Assembly: GCF_040938485.1 (NCBI RefSeq)
Contig: NW_027270917.1
Span: forward strand, 1,922,001 to 1,986,000
Direction: 5' to 3'
DNA from: Diadema antillarum
Lineage: Eukaryota
Length of the DNA: 64,000 bases
Shown here: piece after piece, positions 63,708-64,000 of the stretch
Layout: every line of letters begins with the position of its first letter
Numbering within the stretch: position 1 is the stretch's first letter
Translations under genes and position numbers: made by a program
Notes under the pieces: generated by a model
Told to the model about the DNA's origin: nothing
What the model saw: the letters and a program-made list of their open reading frames with translations, nothing else
Database searches by the model: none

Positions 63708-64000
63708 CAGTGGCGTATCTAGGGGGGGGGGCAAGGGGGGCACGTGCCCCGGGCGCCANNNNNNNNNNNNNNNNNNNNNNNNNNNNNNNNNNNNNNNNNN
63801 NNNNNNNNNNNNNNNNNNNNNNNNNNNNNNNNNNNNNNNNNNNNNNNNNNNNNNNNNNNNNNNNNNNNNNNNNNNNNNNNNNNNNNNGGGGCAGAAAACC
63901 AAATCAAAAAAAGATAAAAACAAAACATAACGATGACTCGGACAAAATGACAATGTTTATTGTGTTCACACAAGAATTCCATGTTATGTAAGCTGAAATA
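63708..64000 (+). mobile_element. Second copy (left end) of the hAT element at 41249, in B3 intron 2
   Basis: Same left terminus CAGTGGCGTATCTAGGGGGGGGG..CAAGGGGGGCACGTGCCCCGGGCGCCA, an N-gap at 63759-63887, then sequence matching 41442-41560. Confidence 0.88.

Overview
This is eukaryotic (animal) genomic DNA with AT-rich introns and intergenic regions, GC-richer exons, microsatellites and four N-gaps. The repeat content suggests a marine invertebrate deuterostome such as an echinoderm (inference only). The window holds a tandem cluster of six SLC10-family (Na+/bile-acid symporter, SBF/BASS fold) genes in two architectures. Three have an intronless CDS (A1 4125-5780, A2 20315-21664, A3 34970-36322, all +). 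Three are spliced (B1 11776-15726 + and B2 50024-55822 -, each with five coding exons; B3 from 61773 +, whose first two coding exons lie in the window). All six encode a signal peptide and a ~110-aa beta-rich ectodomain ahead of the transporter domain, and all carry PGGWLSN. The five complete proteins also carry ETGxQNxLL: the Na+ ligands look intact, but two positions that contact bile acid in NTCP are changed. A2 and A3 lie in a tandem segmental duplication (~18.4-32.7 kb vs ~33.9-44.6 kb). They share a nonsense codon that removed the cytoplasmic tail still encoded by A1, and the three A genes show gene-conversion-like mosaicism. The duplicate copies supply empty-site controls for several insertions: a 6-kb CMC/EnSpm-like cargo element, a pogo-like MITE, and a hAT element nested in a 145-bp MITE. 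CR1/L2 3' fragments and tRNA-derived SINEs are scattered through the window. All alignments and counts were done by eye.
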